Positions 38,118 to 48,298 are shown, counted from the first letter of the stretch. The stretch: DNA of 64,000 nucleotides from Bacteroidota bacterium (GCA_029262835.1 JAJCYQ010000095.1:4625-68624); one strand, 5' to 3'. Program-made: numbers and translations. The notes: a model not told the origin generated them from the sequence alone.

Positions 38118-40442
38118 ATGCCTGTCGTAGATGTCATCCCATTGCACGAAACAACGCGTTCCAGGTACCTGAACTACGCGTTGTCCGTTATTACCAGCCG
38201 CGCCCTTCCCGACATCCGGGACGGCCTCAAACCGGTGCAGCGTCGCATTCTGTATGCCATGTTCACCAATCTGCACCTTTACCCGGACGGGCGCTTCCGA
38301 AAGAGCGCAACCGTGGTCGGGGAGGTTATGGGCAAGTACCACCCGCATGGCGACTCGGCCATCTATGACGCCATGGTACGGATGGCGCAGCCGTTCGCGC
38401 TGCGGGCGCCTCTGGTCGACGGGCACGGCAACTTCGGATCGCTGGACGGCGACTCACCGGCCGCCATGCGCTACACCGAAGCCCGCCTTCAGCCGATTGC
38501 CATGGAAATGCTGGAGGAGCTGCGAAAAGAAACGGTCACCTACAGGCCTACGTTCGATGGTACGCTCTTCGAGCCGGTCGTGCTGCCTACGCGCGTCCCG
38601 AACATGCTGCTCAACGGCGCATCGGGTATTGCTGTCGGTATGGCAACCAACATTCCTCCCCACAATCTGGGAGAACTCGCCGACGCGCTCGTGCACCTCG
38701 TCTCCCAGCCGGATGCATCTACTGGGACACTCGTCCGCGACTTCATCAAGGGCCCCGATTTCCCGACGGGCGGTCGGATACTGAACACGCACGAATCCAT
38801 CCAGGCCATCTATGAAAATGGTGAAGGCACCGTCGACCTGCGCGGAGAATATGAGCAGGAGGGCAAGAGCCGCGTCATCATTACGAGCATACCGTATGGC
38901 CTGACCAAAAGCGCGCTGATTGAACAGATCGCCGAACACATCATTGGGGGTAAGATTCCGCAGTTGACCGATGTGCGCGACGAGTCCACCGATGACGTGC
39001 GCATCGTGCTTGAAATCAAGCGCGGTGCCGACGCCGACGTCGCCATGGCCTATCTGCTGAAGCACACGTCGCTACAGACGCGCTTCCACGTCAACATGAC
39101 GTGCCTCATTCCTACAGACAAGCCGGATGTCTGCGCTCCGTCGCGGGTCGACCTGAAGGCCATCCTGCGGCATTTCCTCGACTTCCGTATGGAAGTCACT
39201 GTGAAGCGGCTCGAGTACGAGCTGTCGCAGCTCGAGAAGCGTATCCACATCCTGCGGGGATTTGAGATTATTTTCGATGCGCTGGATGAGGCTATCCGGA
39301 TCATTCGCTCCTCAAGCAACAAGGCCGATGCCGCCCAGCGCCTCATGCACCGATTCGTGCTGGATGATGTGCAGACCGATGCCATTCTCGAAACCAAGCT
39401 TTACAAGCTGTCGCAGCTCGAAATCGATGCCATCCGGACGGAGCTCGAAGAGAAAGAGGCGGCGGCGGCGGCGCTTCGACGCCTGCTGGGCGATGAATCG
39501 GCGCGTTGGAACCTGATCACCGCCGAGCTCCAGGATCTGAAGAAAAAGTTTGCCGACGCACGGCGCACGCCCATCGCGGGCCCCGACGCCGACGTGGCGT
39601 ACTCGGCCGAAGATTACATCGTCGATGAGGATGTCGTCGTGATCGTGACGAGCGACGGTTGGGTCAAGCGCCAGCGGTCCTACACGGACCTGGGCAGCAT
39701 TCGGGTTCGTGAAGGCGATCAGGTGGCCTGGGTACTTCCGTCATCAACGCGCGAGTCCGTCATTTTCGTGACGAACTTCGGAAAGGCTTATACGGCGCGC
39801 GTGGAGTCGCTCCTGAGCACAACCGGGCACGGCCATCCGGTGCAGAAAATGTTCGACTTCTCGGATCGGGAATACATTGTGGGCGTCGTGTGCACCGATC
39901 CGCGCGCCCTGCCGGCGCCGGCCGATGCTGGTGCGCTGGCTCCCGAACTCTTCGGTGAGGAGGGGGATGACAGTGAGGAGCACGGCGTAACGCTGTGTGG
40001 CGTCAGCTCGGACGGATATGTACTCCGTTTGCCCCTGTCCAATTTTTCTGATCCGTCGACGGTGGCTGGGCGCCTCTTCATCAGGCTGCAGAAGGGGGCG
40101 TCGCTTCTGCGCGCGGAGCCGGCTGGCGGCGGCGAAAACGTATGTATTGCGTCAAAGGACGGATTCTGTCTGATTTTCCCGGTTTCCCAGGTCCCCGTCA
40201 TGAAGAACGCCGCCAAAGGCGTGCGGGCCATCCGCCTGGGCGCGAAAGATACCGTGGCCGGCGCCACGTTGTCGCTCTCGGCGCGCCAGGGACTTACTGT
40301 TGAGACGTCACGCGGCCGCACTGAGACCGTTCGCACGACCAAGTTCGACGTGTCCAACCGCGGCAACAAGGGCCGGCTCATCATAAAGCGTGGCTCGCTG
40401 GCCAAAGTGATCTACGAACCGGTTGAAATCGAGCTGTCATGA
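38118..40442 (+). CDS. parC: DNA topoisomerase IV subunit A (type IIA topoisomerase A subunit)
   Basis: [32 protein letters not shown], with Q rather than the GyrA-typical H in KPVxRR. The catalytic region [10 protein letters not shown] is present. At 774 aa it is short, and I see no GyrA-box (QRRGGKG) in the C-terminal domain. It is coupled to the B subunit by an ATGA overlap. Confidence 0.75.
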   Translation: MPVVDVIPLHETTRSRYLNYALSVITSRALPDIRDGLKPVQRRILYAMFTNLHLYPDGRFRKSATVVGEVMGKYHPHGDSAIYDAMVRMAQPFALRAPLVDGHGNFGSLDGDSPAAMRYTEARLQPIAMEMLEELRKETVTYRPTFDGTLFEPVVLPTRVPNMLLNGASGIAVGMATNIPPHNLGELADALVHLVSQPDASTGTLVRDFIKGPDFPTGGRILNTHESIQAIYENGEGTVDLRGEYEQEGKSRVIITSIPYGLTKSALIEQIAEHIIGGKIPQLTDVRDESTDDVRIVLEIKRGADADVAMAYLLKHTSLQTRFHVNMTCLIPTDKPDVCAPSRVDLKAILRHFLDFRMEVTVKRLEYELSQLEKRIHILRGFEIIFDALDEAIRIIRSSSNKADAAQRLMHRFVLDDVQTDAILETKLYKLSQLEIDAIRTELEEKEAAAAALRRLLGDESARWNLITAELQDLKKKFADARRTPIAGPDADVAYSAEDYIVDEDVVVIVTSDGWVKRQRSYTDLGSIRVREGDQVAWVLPSSTRESVIFVTNFGKAYTARVESLLSTTGHGHPVQKMFDFSDREYIVGVVCTDPRALPAPADAGALAPELFGEEGDDSEEHGVTLCGVSSDGYVLRLPLSNFSDPSTVAGRLFIRLQKGASLLRAEPAGGGENVCIASKDGFCLIFPVSQVPVMKNAAKGVRAIRLGAKDTVAGATLSLSARQGLTVETSRGRTETVRTTKFDVSNRGNKGRLIIKRGSLAKVIYEPVEIELS

Positions 40443-42370
40443 GCACAGGATACACAGGCAAAGACATTCAGGTCCTCGAAGGTCTTGACCCGGTCCGCAA
40501 ACGGCCCGGAATGTACATCGGAGGCACAGGAAAGCCGGGGCTGCACCACCTGCTCTGGGAAGTGGTCGACAATGCGGTCGACGAAGCCACGAACGGCTAT
40601 GCATCGCACATAGAAGTTATCCTGCACAAGGATGGGCGCTCCATGACGGTCTCGGATAACGGCCGCGGGATTCCGGTCGACAGGCACCCGACCAAGAAAA
40701 TCCCGACCGTCGAGGTCATTCTGACGACACTCCACGCCGGTGGCAAGTTCGACTCGTCGAATTACATCACCTCGGGCGGCCTTCACGGCGTGGGCGCGAG
40801 TGTCGTCAATGCGCTGTCCGAGGAGCTCGTGGTTACCATCAAGCGCGACGGCGGCGTCTGGGAGCAGCGCTACGCGAAGGGGACACCCGTCACGAAGCTC
40901 ACCAAAACCGGTCCCCTCAGCCGCGGCAGTGGAACGACGATGTATTTCCGGCCGGACCCGGAAATATTCGAGACACTCGATTTCGATCCGGAGTGGATCA
41001 CGGATAACCTGGAGACAAAGACGTATCTCAATGGGGCGCTTCGGATTGCGTTCCGGAACGAGGTCAGCGGAGAGCGCTTTGAATACCACCATGAGGGTGG
41101 CATTGCAGAATTCCAGCAGCACCTCCTCGCTGTTTCCGGCGCGCGACCTGTGCACGAAGATTCTTTTGTCGTCCGGCAGCAGGATATGTCCCATGGCGCC
41201 CGCGTGGAGGTCGCTCTGCAGTGGACCGAGGCTCCTCGCGAAGTGGTGCGCTCGTTTGTCAACGGCATATCGACCAAAGACGGTGGCACGCACGAGCAGG
41301 GCTTCCGCGATGCCATCCGATCGGCCGTACGCGCCTACATGGATACGCACGATCTGCTGCCGCGCAAACTCGACATCACGGCCGATGATATCCGGGAGGG
41401 AATTGTCGGGATCATCAACCTCTTCATGGTCGATCCACAGTTCCAGGGGCAGACGAAGGAGAAACTCAACAATCCGGAAATCAAGTCGCTGGTGACAAGC
41501 GCCATTCGGCTCGACCTGGAACAGTTCCTGACGCAACACCCGACAACAGGCGATGCCATTGCCACGCGCATTGTTCAGGCGGCCAAGGCACGTCAGGCCA
41601 GCCGCGCCGCGGCGTCCAGCGTACGCCGAAAGTCGAATGTATCCCACCGCCTCAATTTGCCGGGAAAGCTGACCGACTGTGCATCGACCGATCCGGCCGA
41701 GAGCGAATTGTTCATTGTGGAGGGCGACTCGGCAGGCGGGTCGGCGAAACAGGGCCGCAATCGTCAGACGCAGGCCGTCCTGCCGCTGCGGGGCAAAGTG
41801 CTCAATGCCGAACAGGCCACGCTCAAGAAGGTGACTGAGAACAAGGAGCTGTCGAACGTCGTGCAGGCCCTTGGCTGTGGACTCGGTGACAGCCTGGACC
41901 TGTCAAAACTGCGCTATCACAAGATCATCCTGCTCATGGATGCTGATTCGGATGGGCATCATATTTCGACGCTTCTCCTGACGTTCCTGTATCGCTACAT
42001 GCGACCGCTCATCGACGGGGGCTACGTATACATTGCGCAGCCACCTCTTTTCCGTATCGATGCAGCCAAAAAGACCTGGTGGGCACTCGACGAACCGGAT
42101 CGCGAGCGGATTGTGGCCAAGATCAAAAAGTCCCATCCCACATCGAAAATTGAGCTGCAGCGGTTCAAGGGCCTGGGCGAGATGATGCCGGCCACGCTGA
42201 ACGAGACCACGCTCCATCCTGATTCGCGGCGGCTCCTCCAGGTCACGATTCCTGACGCCGAGCGCATGGTCACAGAGCAGACCATTTCCGACCTCATGGG
42301 GAAGGACCCTGCGGCCCGCTTCAACTTCATCATGAACCGCGCCGATGAAGTTGAGGATCTGGATGTATAG
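40439..42370 (+). CDS. parE: DNA topoisomerase IV subunit B
   Basis: GHKL ATPase ([31 protein letters not shown]) and Toprim ([16 protein letters not shown]) domains. 643 aa, operonic with the A subunit. Confidence 0.75.
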   Translation: MSTGYTGKDIQVLEGLDPVRKRPGMYIGGTGKPGLHHLLWEVVDNAVDEATNGYASHIEVILHKDGRSMTVSDNGRGIPVDRHPTKKIPTVEVILTTLHAGGKFDSSNYITSGGLHGVGASVVNALSEELVVTIKRDGGVWEQRYAKGTPVTKLTKTGPLSRGSGTTMYFRPDPEIFETLDFDPEWITDNLETKTYLNGALRIAFRNEVSGERFEYHHEGGIAEFQQHLLAVSGARPVHEDSFVVRQQDMSHGARVEVALQWTEAPREVVRSFVNGISTKDGGTHEQGFRDAIRSAVRAYMDTHDLLPRKLDITADDIREGIVGIINLFMVDPQFQGQTKEKLNNPEIKSLVTSAIRLDLEQFLTQHPTTGDAIATRIVQAAKARQASRAAASSVRRKSNVSHRLNLPGKLTDCASTDPAESELFIVEGDSAGGSAKQGRNRQTQAVLPLRGKVLNAEQATLKKVTENKELSNVVQALGCGLGDSLDLSKLRYHKIILLMDADSDGHHISTLLLTFLYRYMRPLIDGGYVYIAQPPLFRIDAAKKTWWALDEPDRERIVAKIKKSHPTSKIELQRFKGLGEMMPATLNETTLHPDSRRLLQVTIPDAERMVTEQTISDLMGKDPAARFNFIMNRADEVEDLDV

Positions 42371-42449
42371 GCCCTGGAAGGTCAGTACGTACCTGCTCGG
42401 CGGCTGGTGGAAACCCGGCCCCGTGATGTGAGTAGATGAGCGCCACGCC

Positions 42450-42525
<76 letters not shown>

Positions 42526-42545
42526 CTTTCTTCCTCAGCACGCTT

Positions 42546-43022
42546 CTATTCATCTTCCTCCCAGAGCGATGTGAGCGCATGACGCCGCCGGTGGGAGAAG
42601 ATCAGGTTCGTTTCCACGTGGTCCACCTCCGGGCGCGCGGTCACCGATTCCAGAACAAAGCGCCGTAGGTGCTCCGAGTCCCGGATGGCCACGTGCAGCA
42701 GAAAGTCGTCGGCGCCGGCAACGTGATAGACCTCGCGTACTTCCTTGAGGCACTCTGCGTGCGCCAGAAAATCGCGCACCCCGCCTGGTTTGTGCTTCGT
42801 CAGGCGGATGGCAATCAGCGCGAGCAGATTGACGCCCATATGCGCCGGGTCGACATCAGCGTGATAACCGCGAATGACTCCGATTTCCTCGAGACGCCGC
42901 GTTCGCTCGAGCGCTGTGGAGGGAGATACGCCAGCCAATTCAGACACGTCCCGATTACTGGTCCGTGCATGCTGCTGTAAAACGCCCAGAATGCGTTCAT
43001 CTGTTCGGTCTATCCGTCTCAT
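42546..43022 (-). CDS. Lrp/AsnC family transcriptional regulator
   Basis: 158 aa with an N-terminal HTH (DRTDERILGVLQQHARTSNRDVSELAGVSPSTALERTRRLE) and a C-terminal AsnC/RAM domain. Confidence 0.88.
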   Translation of the reverse strand: MRRIDRTDERILGVLQQHARTSNRDVSELAGVSPSTALERTRRLEEIGVIRGYHADVDPAHMGVNLLALIAIRLTKHKPGGVRDFLAHAECLKEVREVYHVAGADDFLLHVAIRDSEHLRRFVLESVTARPEVDHVETNLIFSHRRRHALTSLWEEDE

Positions 43023-43040
43023 GCGTGAATTGTATCGCAG

Positions 43041-43112
43041 ATAATTCGGTTGGAGTAACTACTAATCGAATTAAATACGAGTATTCAAGCCATATTCCAA
43101 ATATAATTCGGT
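43041..43112. promoter_or_regulatory. Candidate Lrp operator / divergent promoter region
   Basis: Exact 10-bp direct repeat ATAATTCGGT at 43041-43050 and 43103-43112 (62 bp apart), plus the related inverted AATCGAATTA at 43064-43073. All lie in an AT-rich 99-bp gap between lrp and the PLP-enzyme gene. A TATAAT sits at 43102-43107. Confidence 0.4.
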
Positions 43113-43121
43113 ATACGCACC

Positions 43122-44891
43122 ATGATGACGGACCAGGAAGCCATCCGCATGCTCTCTCCGCGGCGATCCACAACGAAAGCCGAAACCATCAAGGATCTGG
43201 CCCGCGAACAACTGCTCCATTTCGGATTGCAGCCGGACAGCCCGGTGGGGGAGGCGCTCCTTGACGCTGTCGAGCACCTCTACGCCGCACATGCCGATGT
43301 GGCCCGGCTTTGGCGCGTCACGGCCGAAGTCATGGACTCGCTCGAGGAGAAAGACCGCATTGCCTGTTTCTCGGCAAAGAAGTTCCTGTCGTTCCAGATT
43401 GCCAAGATCCTGGATACGGCCCAGAATCCATTCCGAAAGAGCTACCAGGGGCTGGGCTTTTCCGATGCCTCCCAGCAGGCCAAGGGGCCGTTTCCCATCT
43501 TTGACAACGTCACCGCGCTCTTTTCGGCCACACCGGTCATTGTGCGCACGGCGACCTACATCTATGCCTGCACGGAATGGGTCGATGACGCCTTCCACGG
43601 CAAGGAGCACCTGCACGAAATCTATTCCCGCCTCCTGAACCCGACCTCTATTTCGCTGGCCAACTACATTGTGGATCTGGAAGCCGGTCCCTATGCCGAC
43701 CAGTACCTGGCGTGGAATTTCAATTCGGGGATGGCGGCGATCGATACGCTGCTCGGGCACGTACTCGGCCACGAAGACGTCGTCATTGCCAGTCGCAACG
43801 TCTACGGCGGTACGCACCAGTTGCTTGCCGATTACTATGCAAATCCGCGTAAAATGAATGTCGGTCTTTCCTGGTTCGATGGATACGACGCTTCGGCATT
43901 CGCCCGTCACGCGGACGAGATTGAAAAAGCGTACAAGGATCGGCTGGAGCGGGGAGGACGGGTCGTAGTGTACCTCGAGTCACCGTGCAATCCACACGGA
44001 TACGTGCTCGACGTGTGTGGAATATCCAGCCTGGCTCATGAACGCGGCTGGATCGTGATCCACGATGCCACGATTTCCACGCCGTTCCTGTCCAAGCCGT
44101 TGCGCCGGGAAGATCCGGCCGAACGTCCAGACTACCTGGTGCACTCCTATACGAAAGACCTCACCGGATCGGGAAACGCCACAGCCGGCGTCGTGATTGC
44201 CGAAAACAAGCGGATGTTCATTCCGAAGGGGGAGACGTTCGACGGGGTGTCGTGGGAAGACACGCTGTTCTGGGATGCCTATTACATCAAAGGGGCGTTC
44301 CTCGACTCTGACAAGGCGTTTGAAGTTATTTCCGGCATCCGAACGCTCGACCTGCGCATGCTCCGAAAAACCATCAGCACGCGGCTCATGGCACTGTTCA
44401 TGGATGCCCATCCCGACATCACAGTGCATTCAAACGCGCTCTTGGACAACCCCAATCATGCTCTTGCCCAGCGCGAACTGCGGTTTGGGCTTCCCGCGCC
44501 GCTTTTCACGATCGACTTCGAGCAGGCCGCATTGCCCAGGGAAGCTTTCGTAAGTTTTTTTGACAGTCTGTCACCGGCGTTCCACCACCAGGTGTCGCTC
44601 GGCCAGTGTAACACGACCATACTCTGTCCGGCATTCACCTCGCACAGTGAACTCAGTCCGGAGGCGCTTGAAAGTGCGGGGATCTCCGCATCGACCATTC
44701 GAATTGCGGTCGGGGATGAGGACCCGCTTGATCTGCTTGAGCACTTTCGTCACGCGGCGGCGCTCTGTATTGACCCCGTCCGGCCCGGATTTTCTGACCG
44801 TTTCATGAACGCCCATGACCTCGCGGCGTTGTACCGGACGCAGTATCTGGATGCGCACGCCGCCTACATCGGAAGTTGTTGTAACAAATAA
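43122..44891 (+). CDS. Cys/Met-metabolism PLP-dependent enzyme family protein with long N-terminal extension
   Basis: The core is YSRLLNPTSISLANYIVDLEAG...NSGMAAI...SYTKDLTGSG, with the PLP-lysine context S-x-T-K. It is 589 aa, against about 390 aa for typical family members. Confidence 0.7.
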   Translation: MMTDQEAIRMLSPRRSTTKAETIKDLAREQLLHFGLQPDSPVGEALLDAVEHLYAAHADVARLWRVTAEVMDSLEEKDRIACFSAKKFLSFQIAKILDTAQNPFRKSYQGLGFSDASQQAKGPFPIFDNVTALFSATPVIVRTATYIYACTEWVDDAFHGKEHLHEIYSRLLNPTSISLANYIVDLEAGPYADQYLAWNFNSGMAAIDTLLGHVLGHEDVVIASRNVYGGTHQLLADYYANPRKMNVGLSWFDGYDASAFARHADEIEKAYKDRLERGGRVVVYLESPCNPHGYVLDVCGISSLAHERGWIVIHDATISTPFLSKPLRREDPAERPDYLVHSYTKDLTGSGNATAGVVIAENKRMFIPKGETFDGVSWEDTLFWDAYYIKGAFLDSDKAFEVISGIRTLDLRMLRKTISTRLMALFMDAHPDITVHSNALLDNPNHALAQRELRFGLPAPLFTIDFEQAALPREAFVSFFDSLSPAFHHQVSLGQCNTTILCPAFTSHSELSPEALESAGISASTIRIAVGDEDPLDLLEHFRHAAALCIDPVRPGFSDRFMNAHDLAALYRTQYLDAHAAYIGSCCNK

Positions 44892-44975
44892 GTAGCGTCA
44901 GTGCACGAAGACCCACACCGCCCACGGTGAGGCGGCCTATTTTGAAGTTCATACAACCACCTACAATACTGTGTC

Positions 44976-45566
44976 ATGGCTCGACCCCTTTCAAGCACTG
45001 CATACCGGAATCGATGGCAACAGGGCCTGGAGCGCTCACGTGCGGGCATGTCTCCAACAGAGCGGAAGTATTATTTCTACTCGAAGTACAATTGGGAGCG
45101 TCAGCAGGGCGTCTCTGAAAGGTTTGACCCTTCGCCGGCCTTCAGAGAGGCCGTAGCGGCGCTGCCCGACGGTGCGCGGTTGCTCTACCTGACCGAGGAC
45201 TGGTGCATCGACTCCGCGTATTCGTTTCCCGTTGTCGATTCCATACAGGAATTACGCGGCGATATAAGCCTCGACATCTACATCAGGGACGAGAATCTTG
45301 AACTGATGGACCGGTACCTCACCAATGGGGGCCGCTCGGTGCCCAAACTTGTCGTGCAAAACCGCGACGGAGAAGATCTGTGCACCTGGGGACCGAAGGC
45401 CGAAAAACTGGTAGCGCTGCGGACAACATTGCAGGAGCAGGGGGCAGGTGGACCCGCTGTCGTACAGGCTACATCCGACTGGTATGAGGACGGAGGTTGG
45501 TTGGAGATTGAGCGCGAATTGACGGACGCACTTCTGACATGCGTACCCGCTGCGTCTTTGTCGTAA
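44976..45566 (+). CDS. Thioredoxin-like family protein
   Basis: The TEDWCIDSAY (CxxS) motif sits in a thioredoxin-fold-sized protein. The true start may be ATG 45048 (MSPTERKYY...). Confidence 0.55.
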   Translation: MARPLSSTAYRNRWQQGLERSRAGMSPTERKYYFYSKYNWERQQGVSERFDPSPAFREAVAALPDGARLLYLTEDWCIDSAYSFPVVDSIQELRGDISLDIYIRDENLELMDRYLTNGGRSVPKLVVQNRDGEDLCTWGPKAEKLVALRTTLQEQGAGGPAVVQATSDWYEDGGWLEIERELTDALLTCVPAASLS

Positions 45567-45595
45567 CTTGCCCGGTAGCACGAACACGAACGCAC

Positions 45596-46402
45596 ATGGA
45601 TGCACCCAATTACGATACCTGGTCGCACGCACACGACCTGACGCTGGTTTTCCTGGCCCTCGCGTATTCGACAGATTCCAGGCTGTCCAATGATGAGGTC
45701 GACGTAATCACGGATATCATCGCCCGCTGGCGCCCCGACGCAGAACGGGCCGAGGTGCACGAGATCGTTCTGGAATCCATTGCAGCCTACCTGCAGTCTG
45801 ACGCCGAGGAAGAGGTCGTGCGTTCGGTACGGACGCTTGAAAAAGCACTGTCCATTGATAAGCGTCGTGAAGCCCTGGAAGACGCCATGCGCATTGCCGA
45901 GGCGGACGGCATTCTGCTCAACTCCGAACAGAATATCCTGTCTATTGTGGCATCAATCTGGGATATTCGCGCAACGAAGGATCGTTTGCTCGAGGAAACG
46001 CTGGTCGAAATCGAAGCGCGGCCTGAGTGGACGGTCCTGCACGACATCGCTTTTCTGTTCATCGTCATGGCCCACGGCGCGGACGGCTCTGTCGCGGACG
46101 AGGAGATTGCCGTTATTGTTGACCGCGTGTCCAGTTGGGCGCCTGACATGACCGATTCCGAAGTACGTGACGTCGTGCGCGCCGCCCTCAACTATTACTC
46201 TGGCGGCGCGGAAGCTTTCGATATGGAGGCGGCCATTGACTCGATTGGTCACATGCTGCCACGAGCCCAGCGGCTGGTCGTTCTCGACGATCTGCTGGCC
46301 GTAGCCGAGGCGGATGGTGAACTGCGCCAGGCGGAAAAGGATATCCTGGAAACGCTCTCGCGTGCGTGGCACGTTGATGTCCGCGTATCACCCCTCAGTT
46401 GA
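45596..46402 (+). CDS. Tandem TerB-like (DjlA N-terminal-like) domain protein
   Basis: Two internally similar halves, each with a hydrophobic helix, then (S/L)xxDE(V/I)xVI..., and ending ...AEADGxLxxxExxIL. Start at ATG 45596. Confidence 0.55.
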   Translation: MDAPNYDTWSHAHDLTLVFLALAYSTDSRLSNDEVDVITDIIARWRPDAERAEVHEIVLESIAAYLQSDAEEEVVRSVRTLEKALSIDKRREALEDAMRIAEADGILLNSEQNILSIVASIWDIRATKDRLLEETLVEIEARPEWTVLHDIAFLFIVMAHGADGSVADEEIAVIVDRVSSWAPDMTDSEVRDVVRAALNYYSGGAEAFDMEAAIDSIGHMLPRAQRLVVLDDLLAVAEADGELRQAEKDILETLSRAWHVDVRVSPLS

Positions 46403-46422
46403 GCAGGGCGTGCTGAGACGCC

Positions 46423-46905
46423 CTACGACAGGATGTCGTCCATAATGGCCATATGATGGCGCGCATGGACATCCAGAAAGCGGAACACCTCGTCACGCGT
46501 CAATTCGCCAAGCAGTGGATGGTGGGCCAGCGCGGTCTCGGGCACATTGGCCGCACGGGCGAGCCGAGCACTGGTCTTCTCCGTGAGGGCGTACAGTGCG
46601 TCCGCATCCAGACCTCCCTTGGGCTGACCGGCAGGCGGCGCCGTGACCGAACCTCGCGGAATGCTGCCTGTATCGAGCACGCGATGCTTGCTGTAGGCCT
46701 GCATACGAACCTTTTTATCATCAGCCGAATCTGTGGGAGATGGAACCGCGCGTCCAGATACGAGCGCGACGGCGAATCCGCCGCTGACAATCAGCACGTG
46801 CTCCACGTGGTCGCCGACCGTCCAGGAAGAAATGTCTGGCCGATGTACGGACGCGTGCTCCACATAGTCGCGCAGCTGCGCCATGGTTTCAGTCAATTCG
46901 GTCAT
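46423..46905 (-). CDS. DinB/YfiT-like family protein
   Basis: 160 aa with the helical-bundle His pattern (HVEHVL ... ARHHMAIMDDIL) typical of DinB_2. Confidence 0.65.
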   Translation of the reverse strand: MTELTETMAQLRDYVEHASVHRPDISSWTVGDHVEHVLIVSGGFAVALVSGRAVPSPTDSADDKKVRMQAYSKHRVLDTGSIPRGSVTAPPAGQPKGGLDADALYALTEKTSARLARAANVPETALAHHPLLGELTRDEVFRFLDVHARHHMAIMDDILS

Positions 46906-47260
46906 GAATACGGTCTTTCAGTTGGTGGACAACAACATTACGGATCACGTGACGCGACGGCGGGATAAGGCCCAACAGGCCGACCACATCAGTGAGCACG
47001 CCGGGCGTCAGGAGCAAAGCGCCCGAAATGAGCACGATCAATCCGTCGACCAGCTCGTTGCCGGGCATGGCCCCGCTCGCAAGACGTTCCTGGAATCGCC
47101 GCCAGACTGAAAGGCCCTGCGTCCGGGCCAGCCATGAACCCGCGATTCCGGTTGCCACGATGATAGCAAACGTGTTGGCCGTACCGATTACGCTGCCAAT
47201 TTCAATGAGCAGGGCAAGTTCGACGGCCGGGACAACGACAAATAATAATAAAAGTCTCAT
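46889..47260 (-). CDS. fxsA: FxsA family membrane protein
   Basis: MRLLLLFVVVPAVELALLIEIGSVIG..., the LLLTPGVLTDVVGL motif, and 123 aa. Confidence 0.85.
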   Translation of the reverse strand: MRLLLLFVVVPAVELALLIEIGSVIGTANTFAIIVATGIAGSWLARTQGLSVWRRFQERLASGAMPGNELVDGLIVLISGALLLTPGVLTDVVGLLGLIPPSRHVIRNVVVHQLKDRIHDRID

Positions 47261-47337
47261 GAGTGACGTTACGCGTACAGGCAGCCGCCGATCCCACGCC
47301 GACCTACGCCGATCCGGCCCGGAATCGGCGGTTCGTA

Positions 47338-47366
47338 TTGACTCATAACATAATTAACCTTATGTT
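47338..47366 (+). promoter_or_regulatory. Candidate promoter with overlapping palindrome upstream of the recombinase gene
   Basis: TTGACT (47338-47343), 17-nt spacer, TATGTT (47361-47366). The AT-rich palindrome AACATAA-TTAACC-TTATGTT (47347-47366) overlaps the spacer and the -10. Confidence 0.35.
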
Positions 47367-47371
47367 GCATT

Positions 47372-48298
47372 ATGCAAGAAAAGGTACCTCTAATACGCTC
47401 CGAGACGTCTGGCGGCGATGCGCCACTGAGTATGTCGTCCGCTCGTACAGACGACCATGTTGTGCAGCTCTGGCTCCGTGGAAAGAGTGAAAACTCGCGC
47501 GACGCGTACGTGCGCGATGTGACGTCCTTCTTCACGCATGCCGAAGCTGACCTGGGCGGCATAAAGCTCGAGCACCTCTGGGCCTGGGATGAGCACCTTG
47601 GGCGCCAGGGCCTCGCCGTGTCGACGCGCGCACGAAAGCTCGCCGCCGTCAAGAGTCTGCTCAGTTTCGCCCATCGCATTGGATATACCAGCTTCAATAT
47701 TGGTGCGGCCGTCTCGCTGCCGCGCATCCCCGATATGCTCGCGCAGCGCATTCTGTCGGAAGAAGAACTCGGGCGCATTCTTGCGCTCGACATGCCGACG
47801 CGTAACCGCCTGTTGCTGCGCCTCTTCTATGCATCGGGCGCGCGGGTGTCCGAGCTCGTTTCGCTTAGGTGGAAACACGTGTCGGCGCGCACAACGCGCG
47901 ATACTGCAAGTGGACAGATCACGGTCGTCGGCAAGGGCGACAAGGCCCGCAATGTGCTGCTCGCCGCATCCGTCTGGAGAGATATACAGTCCTGGCACGC
48001 CGAAGAGCTTGAATCTGGCCACGGACAACCGACTGAGCCGGTATTCCGCTCTTCGCGCGGCGGGGCTCTGAGCCGCCAGCAGATGTGGCGTATTGTCAAA
48101 TCGGCGACGCGTGCAGCGGGCGTGGACAAAGATGTGTCGCCGCACTGGTTGCGCCATGCGCATGCCTCCCATGCACTTGACCATGGTGCCCCAACGCATC
48201 TGGTGAAGGAAACGCTCGGGCACAAGTCACTCACAACGACGAGCAAATACAGCCACGCCCGGCCAGACGACTCGTCCAGCACATACCTCGATATCTGA
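47372..48298 (+). CDS. Tyrosine-type site-specific recombinase (Xer/phage-integrase family)
   Basis: SAM-like N-domain. The catalytic domain has ARVSEL (Arg I), HWLRHAHASH (H-x-x-R) and LGHKSLTTTSKYSH (His and Tyr nucleophile). The start may be the in-frame ATG at 47432 if the promoter call is right. Confidence 0.85.
   Translation: MQEKVPLIRSETSGGDAPLSMSSARTDDHVVQLWLRGKSENSRDAYVRDVTSFFTHAEADLGGIKLEHLWAWDEHLGRQGLAVSTRARKLAAVKSLLSFAHRIGYTSFNIGAAVSLPRIPDMLAQRILSEEELGRILALDMPTRNRLLLRLFYASGARVSELVSLRWKHVSARTTRDTASGQITVVGKGDKARNVLLAASVWRDIQSWHAEELESGHGQPTEPVFRSSRGGALSRQQMWRIVKSATRAAGVDKDVSPHWLRHAHASHALDHGAPTHLVKETLGHKSLTTTSKYSHARPDDSSSTYLDI

Noticed and set aside
38118-42370. Calling the type IIA topoisomerase pair gyrA/gyrB.
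   Set aside because: The A subunit has KPVQRR (ParC-like) rather than KPVHRR. It has no evident GyrA box in its short C-terminal domain, is only 774 aa, and is translationally coupled to the B subunit. This arrangement is more typical of parC/parE. The distinction still needs a phylogeny.
46405-46424. 7-bp hairpin AGGGCGT-GCTGAG-ACGCCCT between the convergent TerB-like and DinB genes, as a bidirectional terminator. Similar weak hairpins occur at 26077-26096, 44918-44935 and 62796-62812.
   Set aside because: The stems are short and lack flanking U tracts on either strand, so they are not reported as features.
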